A stretch of 64,000 nt of DNA from Harriotta raleighana. Taxonomy: Eukaryota. The stretch is taken from contig JBNZDD010013723.1 of NCBI GenBank assembly GCA_050575255.1, forward strand, positions 7,870,958-7,934,957, written 5' to 3'. Below are positions 52,706 to 64,000 of the stretch, piece after piece. The notes below the pieces were generated by a model. That model was not told the origin of the DNA, did not search any database, and saw only the letters and a program-made list of their open reading frames with translations. Within the stretch, counting starts at the first letter, position 1, and each line of letters begins with the position of its first letter. A program made the translations under genes and the position numbers.

Positions 52706-53050
52706 AAAATAATCCTTGGATTTGATATAGCTCCTTTCATAATAATAATCCTTGCATTTGATATAATGCTTTTCATGTCTTCTAGACATCTCAAAGCGCT
52801 TCACAGAATATACTGTAAAATGAATTTGCTTTATATTTGTGGATGAAATGTGGCCCCCAATTGTGCACAGCAGTGTCCCACATACAGTTGTGGATTGAAA
52901 GGACCATTTTTTTTTTTTTTTTGAGGGATTATTATTAGGCATTTGGAGTAAGGAAACTTGCCCAAGGTTTCACTCGGACCTTGCAGGAATCAAACCCAGG
53001 TCTCTCGCTTGTAAGGCGAGTGCTCTAACCACTGAATTATAGGATTCCAC
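52706..53050 (-). mobile_element. Full-length DeuSINE-type SINE, antisense, with duplicated tail
   Basis: Ends ...gctctaaccactgaattataggattccac (reverse-complemented tRNA head); starts 31 nt after the exon donor. Confidence 0.88.
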
Positions 53051-53543
53051 AGAGGAGAACATCTCAACAGCAACAACAAAATTACATTTGTAGAACGCCT
53101 TTCATATCAGAAAGACATCCCAAGGTGCTGAAAGAGCTTGCAAGATGTACTGTTAAGTGCACTGACTGACTGTATGTGTGAGCAAATGCAGCAAGCAGCC
53201 AATTTGTGCACTACAATGTCCCATAAATAGCGATGAAACAAGTGACCAATTTTATTTGAGTGATTGTTACCCAGGACACTGGGCATAGTGGCAGGAGGTA
53301 TTTCATGTCCATCTGAACTTGGGTTAATGGGCAGCCTCTCCCAATAATGCAGAGCGCAGGGAAGATGATCTCGATCACGAAGACCGGCTGAGACTTGAGT
53401 TCAATTTTCCAACTTGGAGCCGTCCCCAGCAGTACTGCTTAGTGGACACAAAACGTCAAATAATGTTGTTTTTAATATTGCAACTCCAGATCCGTTCCCC
53501 TGTGTTGTGAAAAATATTACATGTACCATTTTCTTTTGCATAG

Positions 53544-53627
53544 GTCTTCTTCGCTTCAGTCCGTTCCGGTGGAAGCAGCCAGGTTTACTTTATGACTCTT
53601 GGCAGGAGTTCACTTCTCAGCTGGTAG
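53544..53627 (+). CDS. MAP4K4: MAP4K4 last coding exon (VFFASVRSGGSSQVYFMTLGRSSLLSW*)
   Basis: gcatag|GTCTTC...TGGTAG stop. Confidence 0.97.
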   Translation, partial: VFFASVRSGGSSQVYFMTLGRSSLLSW

Positions 53628-54303
53628 GAAGGGCATGTTGTGCATTGGGAGCAACCACAATCTTCGCAAGATAGTTGAAGCCTTGCATTAGCAAACAACG
53701 GGAGAACAAACTGCACTAATGCAATGCATTGCCTAAACCTGTCACTTGGCATTAAGTGAACTACGAAGAGGCTGCAATGTCACTGGTGCTGTTAGAATTT
53801 TACTGTCAGGTGATGACATGTCTAGAATAGAAGAAAATGCCTCATCTCAATTACAGCATCCCTTGACTTAAGATGACTGCTTATTGCTAGCAAAAGACGC
53901 TAAGAGGAGAAAGGCTGGTTAGAAAGTAGAATGGCAAGTGGGAAGTGAAAGCAATGGTATACTGATGAGGGAGAAATGTATTAATGTAAAAGGGGAATCT
54001 GAATTGTCTTTTTAAAATACTATATCATCTTCAAGTGACTTTCTTTTGTAAGGTGACAATGTTGAGGAGACAGAAAAGTACAAGTTTTGACTTTTTAAAA
54101 AAATAATGTGAATCAACAAATTGAGAACAGTCGTGTTGGTCTTTGCAAATGCAGAGTCTTGGTCATTTCTGTATATCAGGTTTTGCTTGTGTTCTCAATC
54201 TTTTTTTAAAAACAAAAAGGTCAATTGAAATTTGTGCAGAGGGCAGGGTTTTTCAGATTTGTATAGATTTGCAGACCAGAAGCTTTGACGTTTGGTTATG
54301 TTG

Positions 54304-54311
54304 CAGTATTA
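54304..54311 (+). promoter_or_regulatory. miR-200b/c/429 8mer seed site (CAGTATTA); second copy 55565-55572
   Basis: Exact 8mers in the 3' UTR. Confidence 0.5.
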
Positions 54312-54415
54312 TAACTGCCTCTCTTTCAAGGATTGCCTTTTTGTAGCAGTGCAAAAGCAGATTAACAGATCCTGCACTCGTAAATCCCCAATTACTTTTA
54401 ACAAATTTGTTTTGC

Positions 54416-54423
54416 CTACCTCA
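54416..54423 (+). promoter_or_regulatory. let-7/miR-98 8mer seed site (CTACCTCA)
   Basis: Exact 8mer in the 3' UTR. Confidence 0.6.
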
Positions 54424-55455
54424 TTTGCTAAGCAAGGAGAAAAAAGAGGTGGTTTAGTCATTCTAATGTTTGTATCTGAAACTTGCATCTTTGTCTAATT
54501 TAAAGTTGATTAATACCAAATTTATGATCAAAATGTTTGTCTACTGTTAATTGTAGCTTTTATTAGCAGGCAAACAATGGTTCTTAGCAATTGGGAAACA
54601 CGAGCAGAAATCCACAGCACACATGTAGTCAACTGTTCTGGTTAGAAAATGGAAGCTAGTAATTGGCTGTTAAATGTGGTCGACTGAGATAGACACGTAA
54701 TTGTAATCATTCAGTTATGTGTGAATAGCAACAGATTTTCTTTTTAACTTGGCCAGAATTGAATTTAGGTAGCAGGTTGAAAATAGTTTTAGTTTTACTA
54801 AGCTATTTTATTGCATTATAGTAAACTGTATATGTTGTAGGGAACAGGTGGTTGATTTAAGATGCAATGCACTAAAACACTTAATTTCAAGAATGTAGTA
54901 AAACAGCTTGTCAATACAGTATATCTTCCCATATTTAGATCTGAAATCCCATTTCTGGAAAGATTTTTTTTAATAACGCTGTAAACAGAATTTTATTTTA
55001 CAAAAGTTAGACATTTACAAATGCGTCTACAGTAATAACCCGAACTGTCACTCAATAACTTGAGATACCTATACTGTATAATATGCTATACTGGTGGTGT
55101 AATAATGCATAGTAGCATTATATAATTCTACCATATGTTAAACTTTTTTTGGTACTTTGTAGACAGCTGCCTTATGCTGTTATGTGCACAGGATCTCAAC
55201 ATTTTACAGGGCTTTAGTTCTCTCGGTGGAGACTATTCATTCTGCAGTGGAATATCCTCAGTAGTAGTATAATACGATCTGAGATATACTGTAAAACCTT
55301 TCATTTGTTCATGTCACTGTGATCATTTCCTTTAGACGTTCCTGGTCGCTGAATAACTTGCAATATCTCTGTATCATTCTATTGGGAACTGTAGAAGTAT
55401 GGTAGGAACATCTTGACATAAGTAGGTTTACCATGAGCAGAACTGTTTATTTTTA

Positions 55456-55461
55456 AATAAA
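55456..55461 (+). terminator. Candidate proximal polyadenylation signal AATAAA
   Basis: ttttaAATAAAatacactgttg. Confidence 0.4.
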
Positions 55462-55750
55462 ATACACTGTTGAAGCTCCTGGCAACAGTTACTAAGTAAT
55501 CCCCTATCTCAGCAGAGTATCCGATTTGGAACTCCCACCTATGAGAAGTGCCAAGGTGGTGTAACAGTATTACAAAACCACTACGTTTTTGTTTGAAGAA
55601 TAATTTCTACACAGCGTTTAAGTTTTAACACACCTAGATTTAGTGGAAATGCATATAATTTTTAATTTTAATACTTTATTTTAAAGTCAAATAATCCCTG
55701 TTGTATGACTGCAGTGTTTCTATTTTATGCACATGTTATGTTTGAGAAAA

Positions 55751-55758
55751 TGTTTACA
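55751..55758 (+). promoter_or_regulatory. miR-30 8mer seed site (TGTTTACA)
   Basis: Exact 8mer in the 3' UTR. Confidence 0.5.
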
Positions 55759-56059
55759 AAAATTGTTTTACACTAATGTGCATCGTATATTTATGTTTTT
55801 TTTTGGAAAGTGATTTGTTTTTAGTTTTAGTTTTGTATTATGATTACATTTGGTGATTATAACCCTGAACTCTGCTGATACCAAGAAGGTGATAGTTTTT
55901 TTTTAAATTGTGAGGTATTACTATGTCTAGCTGCAAAGCAGATTGGGAAATATGGTTACAAGTAAACCTCTTCAACCAGTTTTCTGCTATGTGATCTAAC
56001 TTATGTCCTCTGTGTATCATGAGAATTCCTGTATTTTCCCTGAAAATCATCTTTTCTTG

Positions 56060-56065
56060 AATAAA
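56060..56065 (+). terminator. Candidate distal polyadenylation signal AATAAA
   Basis: ttgAATAAAaatcaac, then tttttagcactcttttgttttc downstream; repeats resume ~0.5 kb later. Confidence 0.6.
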
Positions 56066-57859
56066 AATCAACTTAATGCACGTTGTGCATAACATGACAC
56101 TGTAGTTCTGTGAAACTTTTTAGCACTCTTTTGTTTTCAATGTCTCTTCCTCCCACTCTCCTTCCTCTTCCCCAGTACCTCTGAGCAACTAATGTCCATG
56201 GTATACAAAGGGGGCAAGTGGTACAGAACTTGGGACAAATACCCCTCAATTGTTTTTCCTTTGCCTTCTCCCCTCTTTGGGGATTTGCCAATCCTCTGCT
56301 TGCTATGTCAATCTGGAAGCATACAGGGATCTGGAGACGCACATTGTGCAATCTCGGTCCGTTTGATGCGGTACAAGCATTGAAACCATTCCCAGATTCA
56401 AAATGACCTAACTACATTTTATATCTAAGAGGTGATCTTCACTGGAAGGAAAACGTACACCAAAGTATCACCTCCAAAGCAGATTTGAAAACACCACAAT
56501 ATCGCACATCTGTATTCAGTATAAACCTATGCTGCTTCCGCTCTAGTTAGGGGGGGAACACCTGATGACAAAGATCATTGATTTCATACTTCACATCTGC
56601 TCTTCAACTCTGATGACAATTTAAACTTATCTCATTAATTTCTTCTAGACATCTCAAAGCGCTATAATCTGTGAAGTGCTTGTGAGACATCTAAAAGACG
56701 TTGAATGCGCTATATCAAATTATGATTACTATTATTATTAACTTAAATCCAAAACAATTTAAACTGGTATAACACCTTTCACATTGGGAGAAAATCTCAA
56801 AAGAGCTTTACAAAGATTGAGTGGGAGCCCGAACTGGGAGACATGCAAGAGGAGTTAAGACGGGAAAGTGGAACAAGATCTGTATTATAGGTGATGTGTG
56901 AAACATAACGATCATTATTTTAAATGTAGCTGTGCCAATTAGTTGCACAAGATTTTATTGCATAAATAAATAACCTTGATGTACACCAAAGTACTCGGTT
57001 ATTCATGTCTTAATAGCCTCATGGTGTCTGGATATTACATTGACTTCAACATGCGGATTTTAAGAACTGTTCCCACAAAACATGCCTTTGCATGGGTGCC
57101 ACATGCAGGCTAACATTGTCTCCTGTGATGAGGAGAATTCTAACTTTTTCTCCGAAATTCTGGTTCCAGTAAATTGATTCTGAATTATATATTTTACGTT
57201 GAAACAAAAATGGTGAATGTTATGAAGTGTGAACATTTTCTAGCCTATAAAATGTATACTGTTCCCTTTCAGCTACTGCAGCCTAACTGACCCCACCCTC
57301 CCTGTTTGGGTTGGCTTAGCTCACTAACCCTGCTCAACATGCAGCCATCTTGCTGAACAGAGAGAGACTTTATTGCTTGACTTTTCTTCCTAAAGCTACC
57401 GCTTGTTTTAACTTTGCCACCTGGAATTAATTTGATTCCTGTAATTCAAAGCTAATATTTTGACGTATTGGTGGCAAAGTAACCCCATTTTGTGAGACCC
57501 CATTTTGTGAGACGTTACCTCTTGATATTCCTCAAAATGGTGTCGTTCAGCTTCTCTGCTGGTTTAAAGTGCTACAACAATTTGGGGGGTTTATTTTCTA
57601 AAAGCAGACATGCCTCTGTACTACAGACTTACCTTTCATCAAATTGATTTGTTCAATTCCATTTTGTTACAACCATACAGTTTTCAAACAGATTAAATGT
57701 TGGGAGACATTGCTGTAAGGAAATTGGCTACCATTTAAAATGTTTTGCCATTGTACAAAATACAGTCACTCACTTTAGATCATAAATCCTGTGAAATGCT
57801 TTCAGACCGGCTCCTGACCCGAAAAACATCATATCAAATGCAAGGTTTAATTTCTATTA

Positions 57860-58012
57860 TAATAATAATCCTTGCATGTGATACAATGCTTTTCACATAT
57901 TCTAGATGTCTCAAAGCGCTTCAAAAAGTGAATTAACAGTGTATTTGTGGGCAAAACATCGCAACCAATTACGCAAATTAGTGTCCCACAAACAGTTGTG
58001 GATTGAGTGACT
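57860..58012 (-). mobile_element. DeuSINE-type SINE 3' half, tail-to-tail with a degenerate + copy (57700-57860)
   Basis: aataataatccttgcatgtgatac...gtcccacaaacagttgtggattgagtgac. Confidence 0.75.
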
Positions 58013-58079
58013 AATTTATGCTCAGGATTTTAATTTTTTTTACACATGTATTTTAGAATCATGCGATAGCACCTTGTGG

Positions 58080-58320
58080 TTTCTTTTGACTGGTTTCATT
58101 TGGGGATTGTTGGCCAAGACACTGGGAGAAACTCCCTTCTCTTTTCAAATAGTGCCAAGGGATCTTTAAAGCTCATCTGAAGATAGATGCTATTTGCGTT
58201 TAATTTCTCAACTGATGGATGACAACTCCCGACAATACAAAGCCTCACGAATAAAAAGTGTCAGCTAAACTCTTGAGTTCAGAGTCCCAACATAGAATTT
58301 GAACCCACAACTGAGCCAGT
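58080..58320 (-). mobile_element. Ancient long-form DeuSINE
   Basis: tggccaagacactgggagaaactcccttctcttttcaaatagtgccaagggatcttt...tttgaacccacaac. Confidence 0.6.
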
Positions 58321-59418
58321 CTGAAGATTGATCAGCTGTGTCCTGAGACCCTGGCTTTGACGACTCAGCTGACATAATTGTCATCTACAGTTGGTATAAT
58401 AACACCATGATAAATGGTGATAATGAAATGAGTGTTTCATGAAGATGTGTTAAGATGATAATGAAACTTAGGCACTCCCTCCTGCAACCCCCTCGCCACA
58501 CCCCCTCCTTTCCCATCTTTAGGTTACACCTGAAGATCTTTCCCTTCAACTGCACTTACAGTCACCTTCCTCATTCCCCTGGCTGAGCCTCGGGCTCCTC
58601 CATTGTGAGGTACTGTGAGACCTCACCCGGCGTGGAGGACGCTGTCCAAAATGTTAATTGCAGCTTATGCCGATTGCGTCAGGCTGTCCTGATTACTTGA
58701 GCAGAAGTAAGCCGTCCCTTTTATTCACGTGTAGTTATGGTTGGGTCAGCTTATTGACATCATTTAAATCACATGGAATTGACAGCAGGAATGGTTTGGG
58801 GAATAAGGAAGCAGAACAAAACACATCGCTGAGATCATCACAATATGGTTTGCTGGTTCAGGAAGTAGGAATTTGAGCTGAAGAATCAGTTCCTGTTTTT
58901 TTTTGTTCGTTTTTTTGAGTGATGTTTGATGCTGTTTAACAAGTTCAAAATAGTTAACGGGTGATAACTGATTCAGTAACAAGATGTCAGCCTTATTTTC
59001 TAAAGGAAAGAGTAGATTTTGTCTGTATTGTTGACCAAAGTAGGTATTTTCTAGATCAATATTTTTATTAAAATATTTCCAAAGCTTCAAGGTCCCATTA
59101 AACCCCACAACAGACTTGAGGGAACCTGTGTTTGATTCTCAGGCAGGGCAAAACGTTCGGCATGTTTCCTTACTCCACTGACCTCTGTTTACCTAACAGT
59201 AAGTAAGCACTCGGCTGTTTGTCAATTGGTAATAATCTCTTCACATCAAAAACAAATATTAAAAAAAACAACGGCCGCTAAATCCACGACTCGGTGAGAC
59301 ATGGCAGTGCAGAATTGGCTGCCGCGTTTTTAATCTCACGATTATGCCACAACAAAAACACAGTTATACAACAAATATAGTTCAGCAGTTCAGATTGTGA
59401 ACTATAGAATTTATAATC

Positions 59419-60296
59419 CAGTTGAACATCGATAATCGGGTATTCTGAAAGCAGGCAACTCCCTAAAACCGGCAGGATTTCGCCTACATTTTTTTTTACT
59501 TTGGAAGAGGAGACGAGGAAGATATTTTGGTAGGCAAATAAATAATAATTAAATTTAGTGTACTTTCTATTTCAGGTTTATTACAATATAAAGAATAATA
59601 GTAATAATCCTTGTATTTGAGAGAGAGCTTTTCACGTCTTCTCTGTGTCTCAAAGCGCTACGCAGAATATACTGTGAAGTGAATTGATTACATATATTTG
59701 TGGGCAAAACGCAACAGCCAATTGCACACAGCAGTGTCCCACAANCAGCTTTTCACGTCTTCTCTATGTCTCAAAGCGCTACGCAGAATATACTGTGAAG
59801 TGAATTGACTACATCTATTTGTGAGCAAAACGCAGCAGCCAATTGCACACAGCAGTGTCCCACAAACAGTAGTGGATTGAAATGACCAATATATTATGGT
59901 TTTATTTGAGGGATTATTATTAGGCATGTTGAGTAAGGAATCTTGCCCAAGGATTCACCCTGCCTGGATTCGAAAACTTTTATCATGTGAACAAAAACAA
60001 GTCAAGATCTCCTATGGTCATGTTAGGCTAGCCTTCTCGTAAGTAAAAAAAAGTTATTATAAATATAGGTACTGTACAATTTTTTAAAATGTTAACACTT
60101 ATTTCTTTACAAAGTTTATACATTTTTAAGCAGAAATCATGTTGAATAACACACAGAAACTATATTGGGTAAATAAAACAACATTGATAAAAGTTATGTA
60201 ATGTTAGGCTAGGCTAGGTTTCTAAATACCAGCAAACTCCCGAAATTCAGGAGGTGCTTGGTCCCAACCGTGCCGAATTATCGACGTTCCCACCTG
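59419..60296. mobile_element. Tigger-like MITE (third family) containing a SINE insertion
   Basis: Degenerate TIRs CAGTTGAACATCGATAATCGG / CCGAATTATCGACGTTCCCACCTG|ta. Confidence 0.55.
59595..59975 (-). mobile_element. DeuSINE-type SINE (internal N-joined duplication at 59745)
   Basis: aataatagtaataatccttgt...taaggaatcttgcccaagg...ggattcgaa. Confidence 0.82.
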
Positions 60297-60298
60297 TA

Positions 60299-60490
60299 AA
60301 AATAATCCTTGCATTTGATTTAGCAGTTTTCACATCTAGACGTCTCAAAGCGCTTCACAGAATATACTGCAAAGTGAATTGACTGTGCATTTGTGGGGGA
60401 AACGCAGCAGCCAATTGCGCACAACAGGATCCCGAAAAAAGACATGGATTGCAGTGACCAGGTTATTCTTTTTCTTGAGGGATTATTATC
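60299..60490 (-). mobile_element. DeuSINE-type SINE 3' half
   Basis: aataatccttgcatttgat...gcagcagccaattgcgcac. Confidence 0.8.
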
Positions 60491-61219
60491 AAGTGATTAA
60501 AATTAAAATGATTAAATCTACAGTGCAACATTTAGATTATATTATACTGTATCCCACTGATAGTCAGGTAAGTGAAAAATTTGGTTATGCTCAGATTCAT
60601 TTATTCAGCCGATTATTGTTGATGTGATTTTGTTTTTGTTTTTGCTCATGGAATCTTCTGGTGCATATTTCTCTCCTTAGTAACTGCACAGGCCTGGAAC
60701 TCTCCACTTCCATTTGGGTGTGTTCTGAGGAGAATTTGATGGTAAAGTTTGATGGTAACTAGATAAAGTTATCTTGTTCGGAGACTCCAAAACTTCACTG
60801 TGTTTGGGACCTGTCACAGAATTCTGCATTTGCCAAAGATATCTACTGCTATCATGGTTGAGTGAATAGTTACTGGAAAAAAATGAATGTGATTATCTGG
60901 GAGGAGGATAATCAGGGAGGCTGAGCATGTGTTTTAGTGCAGTAAAATGACAATGATGCTATTCTTCATTAACTCCTCTTATTGAGATTTAGGGTATGCT
61001 GAGAGTGAATGTTGAGAGGGTGTATGGAGGCTCAACCAGCCGAGTGTCAATGTTTATATTCCAACCAAGTCTCCATCCACTCCTTATGCCCCTTTCAAAC
61101 CCTTCTATTCCCTTCTCCTGCATGTAAAGGTTTAGCTTCCTCTTGCTCGGGTCACTGCCTCTGCACTTCAGGCATTGGCAGCATCAGCATCCATGGATGC
61201 ACACTACCTCTCAAAGCTA

Positions 61220-62030
61220 GTCGGGAACCTTGGGGTCTTGTTTGACCTTTCAGCAGTCCTTTCTCTCCCATATCTGTGCAATGACCAGCTCTGCTTCAAA
61301 CCACCTCCGCAACATTGCCAGACTCAGCATTTGCTTCACTCCACCAAAACCTGTATACACGCATTTGTCACCTCAAGGCAGCGAAACATCCTCTTTGTTG
61401 ACTTCCTAAACTCTTCCCTCCAAAAGCAGCAGATCATCCAAAATTCTGCAGCTCGTGTCCCATGGACCAGGCTCCATGACCCTATCACTCCCACCCTCGC
61501 CCAGCTCCACTCAGATAGAATTCAAAATCCTCATCCTCACTTTCAAGGCCCTCCACGGCCTTGCCCCCTCCAACTCTCTGACCTGCTGACCCCCCGCTTT
61601 AAGAAGTCCTCCGAATGTGAGGACAATATGCATACAGAATGCAGGGATTATTATTTATCTTTCATAAATGCTATCAGGCCACAACACATCCTGCCAAATT
61701 TTGCAGGTCCTTCCTTGGTACTATTTACATTATCCACAATACACCATTTTCTTTTAAAAGGCCCTCCACGGCCCTCCTCTCTGCCCACACCTTTTGGAAC
61801 TCCATCCCATAATCCCTTCACCGTACTCCCTCCCTAGCCTCTTTCAAGGCCTGATTCAAGTCCCTCGTTTTTGACCGTGCATTCAGCTGCCCTCCTACCT
61901 CTTTGCCCTTCCTCATCCTAACTCGGATCCTCTCCCCTATGTGCGGGTCCTGACTTCCGATGGTTCAGCCTTGGGATGTCCTCCCAAACATGAAAGATGC
62001 TCTGCAAATATAATTTTGTTGTTGTTGTTG
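61220..62030 (+). mobile_element. L2 LINE fragment, rearranged
   Basis: NLGVLFD...IHAFVTSR...QIIQNSAAR remnants; ends taattttgttgttgttgttg. Confidence 0.82.
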
Positions 62031-62916
62031 AATGCAGCTATATTGTTTGATTGAACTACCGCTTCAGGCAGAAAATTTCACACTCATAATCCTATGTGTA
62101 AAATAGTTCTTCTTAAATTCTCTGGAACTCCATCCTGCAATCCCGTCTCCACTGGTTCCCTATCTCCCAGAGGGACGAATTCAACATCCTCGTCCTCACT
62201 TTCAAGGCCATTCAGGGCCTTGCCCCCGCCTATCTCTCCCAACATGTAAGGTGCTATATAAATGTAATTTTGTTGATGTTGTTTTAATTCCTCTAGTTAC
62301 CATCTTATACGGTAAAGTATAACCGGTAGAAACAGCCTATCTATGATAATCTTATCACAACCTTTTCATCTTAAACACCTCTATTAGGTTCCCTCTTAGA
62401 CGTCTTTTCCAGTGAAATTGACAAACCTATCTGGTCTGTCCTTGTAGCAGGACCCTGCCAGCTCTGGTATCAAATTAAAAAATTAAGCTTCAATTAAATT
62501 CACTTTGTGGCTCTTTGTGANGCTATATAAATGTAATTTTGTTGATGTTGTTTTAATTCCTCGAGTTACCATCTTATACGGTATAACCGGTAGAAACAGC
62601 CTATCTATGATAATCTTATCACAACCTTTTNTAGTTACCATCTTATACGGTAAAGTATAACCGGTAGAAACAGCCTATCTATGATAATCTTATCACAACC
62701 TTTTCATCTTAAACACCTCTATTAGGTTCCCTCTTAGACGTCTTTTCCAGTGAAATTGACAAACCTATCTGGTCTGTCCTTGTAGCAGGACCCTGCCAGC
62801 TCTGGTATCAAATTAAAAAATTAAGCTTCAATTAAATTCACTTTGTGGCTCTTTGTGAGTAAAAAGGCTACCTCATGCACCTACAAAATAAACAGTCTCA
62901 ATACAGTAAATCATGC

Positions 62917-63214
62917 ACCAGGCTCCATGACCCTATCACTCCCACCCTCGCCCGACTCCACTCAGATAGAATTCAAAATCCTCATCCTCACTTTCAAGGC
63001 CCTCCACGGCCTTGCCCCCTCCAACTCTCTGACCTGCTGACCCCCCGCTTTAAGAAGTCCTCCGAATGTGAGGACAATATGCATACAGAATGCAGGGATT
63101 ATTATTTATTATTCTTTCATAAATGCTATCAGGCCACAACACATCCTGCCAAATTTTGCAGGTCCTTCCTTGGTACTATTTACATTATCCACAATACACC
63201 ATTTTCTTTTAAAA
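62917..63214 (+). repeat. ~295-bp near-identical copy of 61466-61759
   Basis: accaggctccatgaccctatc...caccattttcttttaaaa occurs twice. Confidence 0.9.
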
Positions 63215-64000
63215 TCTTGAGTCCGGTAGATCATCACCACTGTCTGTGGAACACTGCGGTCTGCCACGTTTCACAGTCAATATTCAGTCAATATGAAAAC
63301 ACTGGTCTGCTCTCTACTTCTTAATTCCAGATGAATGATTCAAATACAAATTTTTTTTTTATCACCTTTACACATCAGAACAGTTTACAAAAATTACCAA
63401 CGGAAAGACCCACTAATTATAGAGACCAGATTCCCCTTTACTGTTCTTCCTATTTAAAAAACAGCTAAATATAATTTATTTCTGAAGAAACACATTGTGG
63501 TGCAACTTATCCAGCTAAGGTCCTCTGAGTTGATTTTGCCCAATAAATACGTAGTCAATTCACTTTACAGTATTTTCTGTGAGACGTCTCAAGATGCTAT
63601 ATCAAATGCAAGGATTTTTATTATAATCATTATTTTCATTACTGTGGAATTTAATGATTGGTTTTTGCCACACAGTTGGAAATGCCTCATTACAGAGTTG
63701 CAGGGTTTTTCTCACAGACAGTGCATTGTTAGCATTGAGAATTCTTGTTAAAGCATGTAAGAGATATTGTTCCCATGTTTTTGCCCTTTGGGTTTATTAC
63801 CAGGTACAATATCACCACTTGCGTAAGTGTGTGAAGTACAACAGGGTCTGAGCATTCAACACTGTCCACCAGACATCCTCCCACCCCCACCCCACTCCCT
63901 CCCCCCCCCGCAACAACCAAGATTTGTAAATTATAGTGGAACATGAAAAATATAGCGATATTTCATGATAGCGAATAGCTCCCTTGAGTCAGCTATCCGA

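Larger units (their letters stand above)
53628..56090 (+). other. MAP4K4: Probable MAP4K4 3' UTR (~2.4 kb)
   Basis: AT-rich, free of the SINE/LINE copies found elsewhere, carries miRNA seed matches, and ends after AATAAA 56060-56065 with a U/GU-rich downstream tract. The exact end is inferred. Confidence 0.7.

Noticed and set aside
61175-61837. Longest ORF in the window (220 aa)
   Set aside because: Patchwork of L2 ORF2 remnants in shifting frames plus a SINE tail; not a gene.
56100-64000. Downstream neighbouring gene or exons
   Set aside because: No recognisable coding exon on either strand; mostly repeats and intergenic sequence.

Overview
Eukaryotic (vertebrate) genomic DNA containing the 3' three-quarters of a MAP4K4 (HGK/NIK; Ste20 GCK-IV kinase) gene on the + strand. 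I can trace 25 GT-AG coding exons from 1633 (end of the kinase domain, [19 protein letters not shown]) through the coiled-coil and linker regions and the complete CNH domain to the stop TAG at 53627. They total 3219 nt and splice into one uninterrupted frame, including a 9-nt GEV microexon at 28419-28427. A ~2.4-kb repeat-free 3' UTR with many conserved-family miRNA seed matches follows. Introns and the 3' flank hold L2 and CR1 LINE fragments, a tRNA-headed DeuSINE-type SINE family, Tigger/pogo-like MITEs and a palindromic Penelope-like element. This repeat set points to a cartilaginous fish, probably a chimaera (inference). Thirteen single-N junctions, most flanked by near-identical duplications (one duplicating part of an exon), look like assembly artefacts. 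I found no convincing novel protein-coding system. The best leads are RNA-level: the microexon, inverted SINEs flanking a 300-nt frame-preserving exon pair (circRNA candidate with a stop-free frame), candidate cryptic terminal/poison exons ahead of the CNH domain, and long dsRNA-forming inverted repeats.
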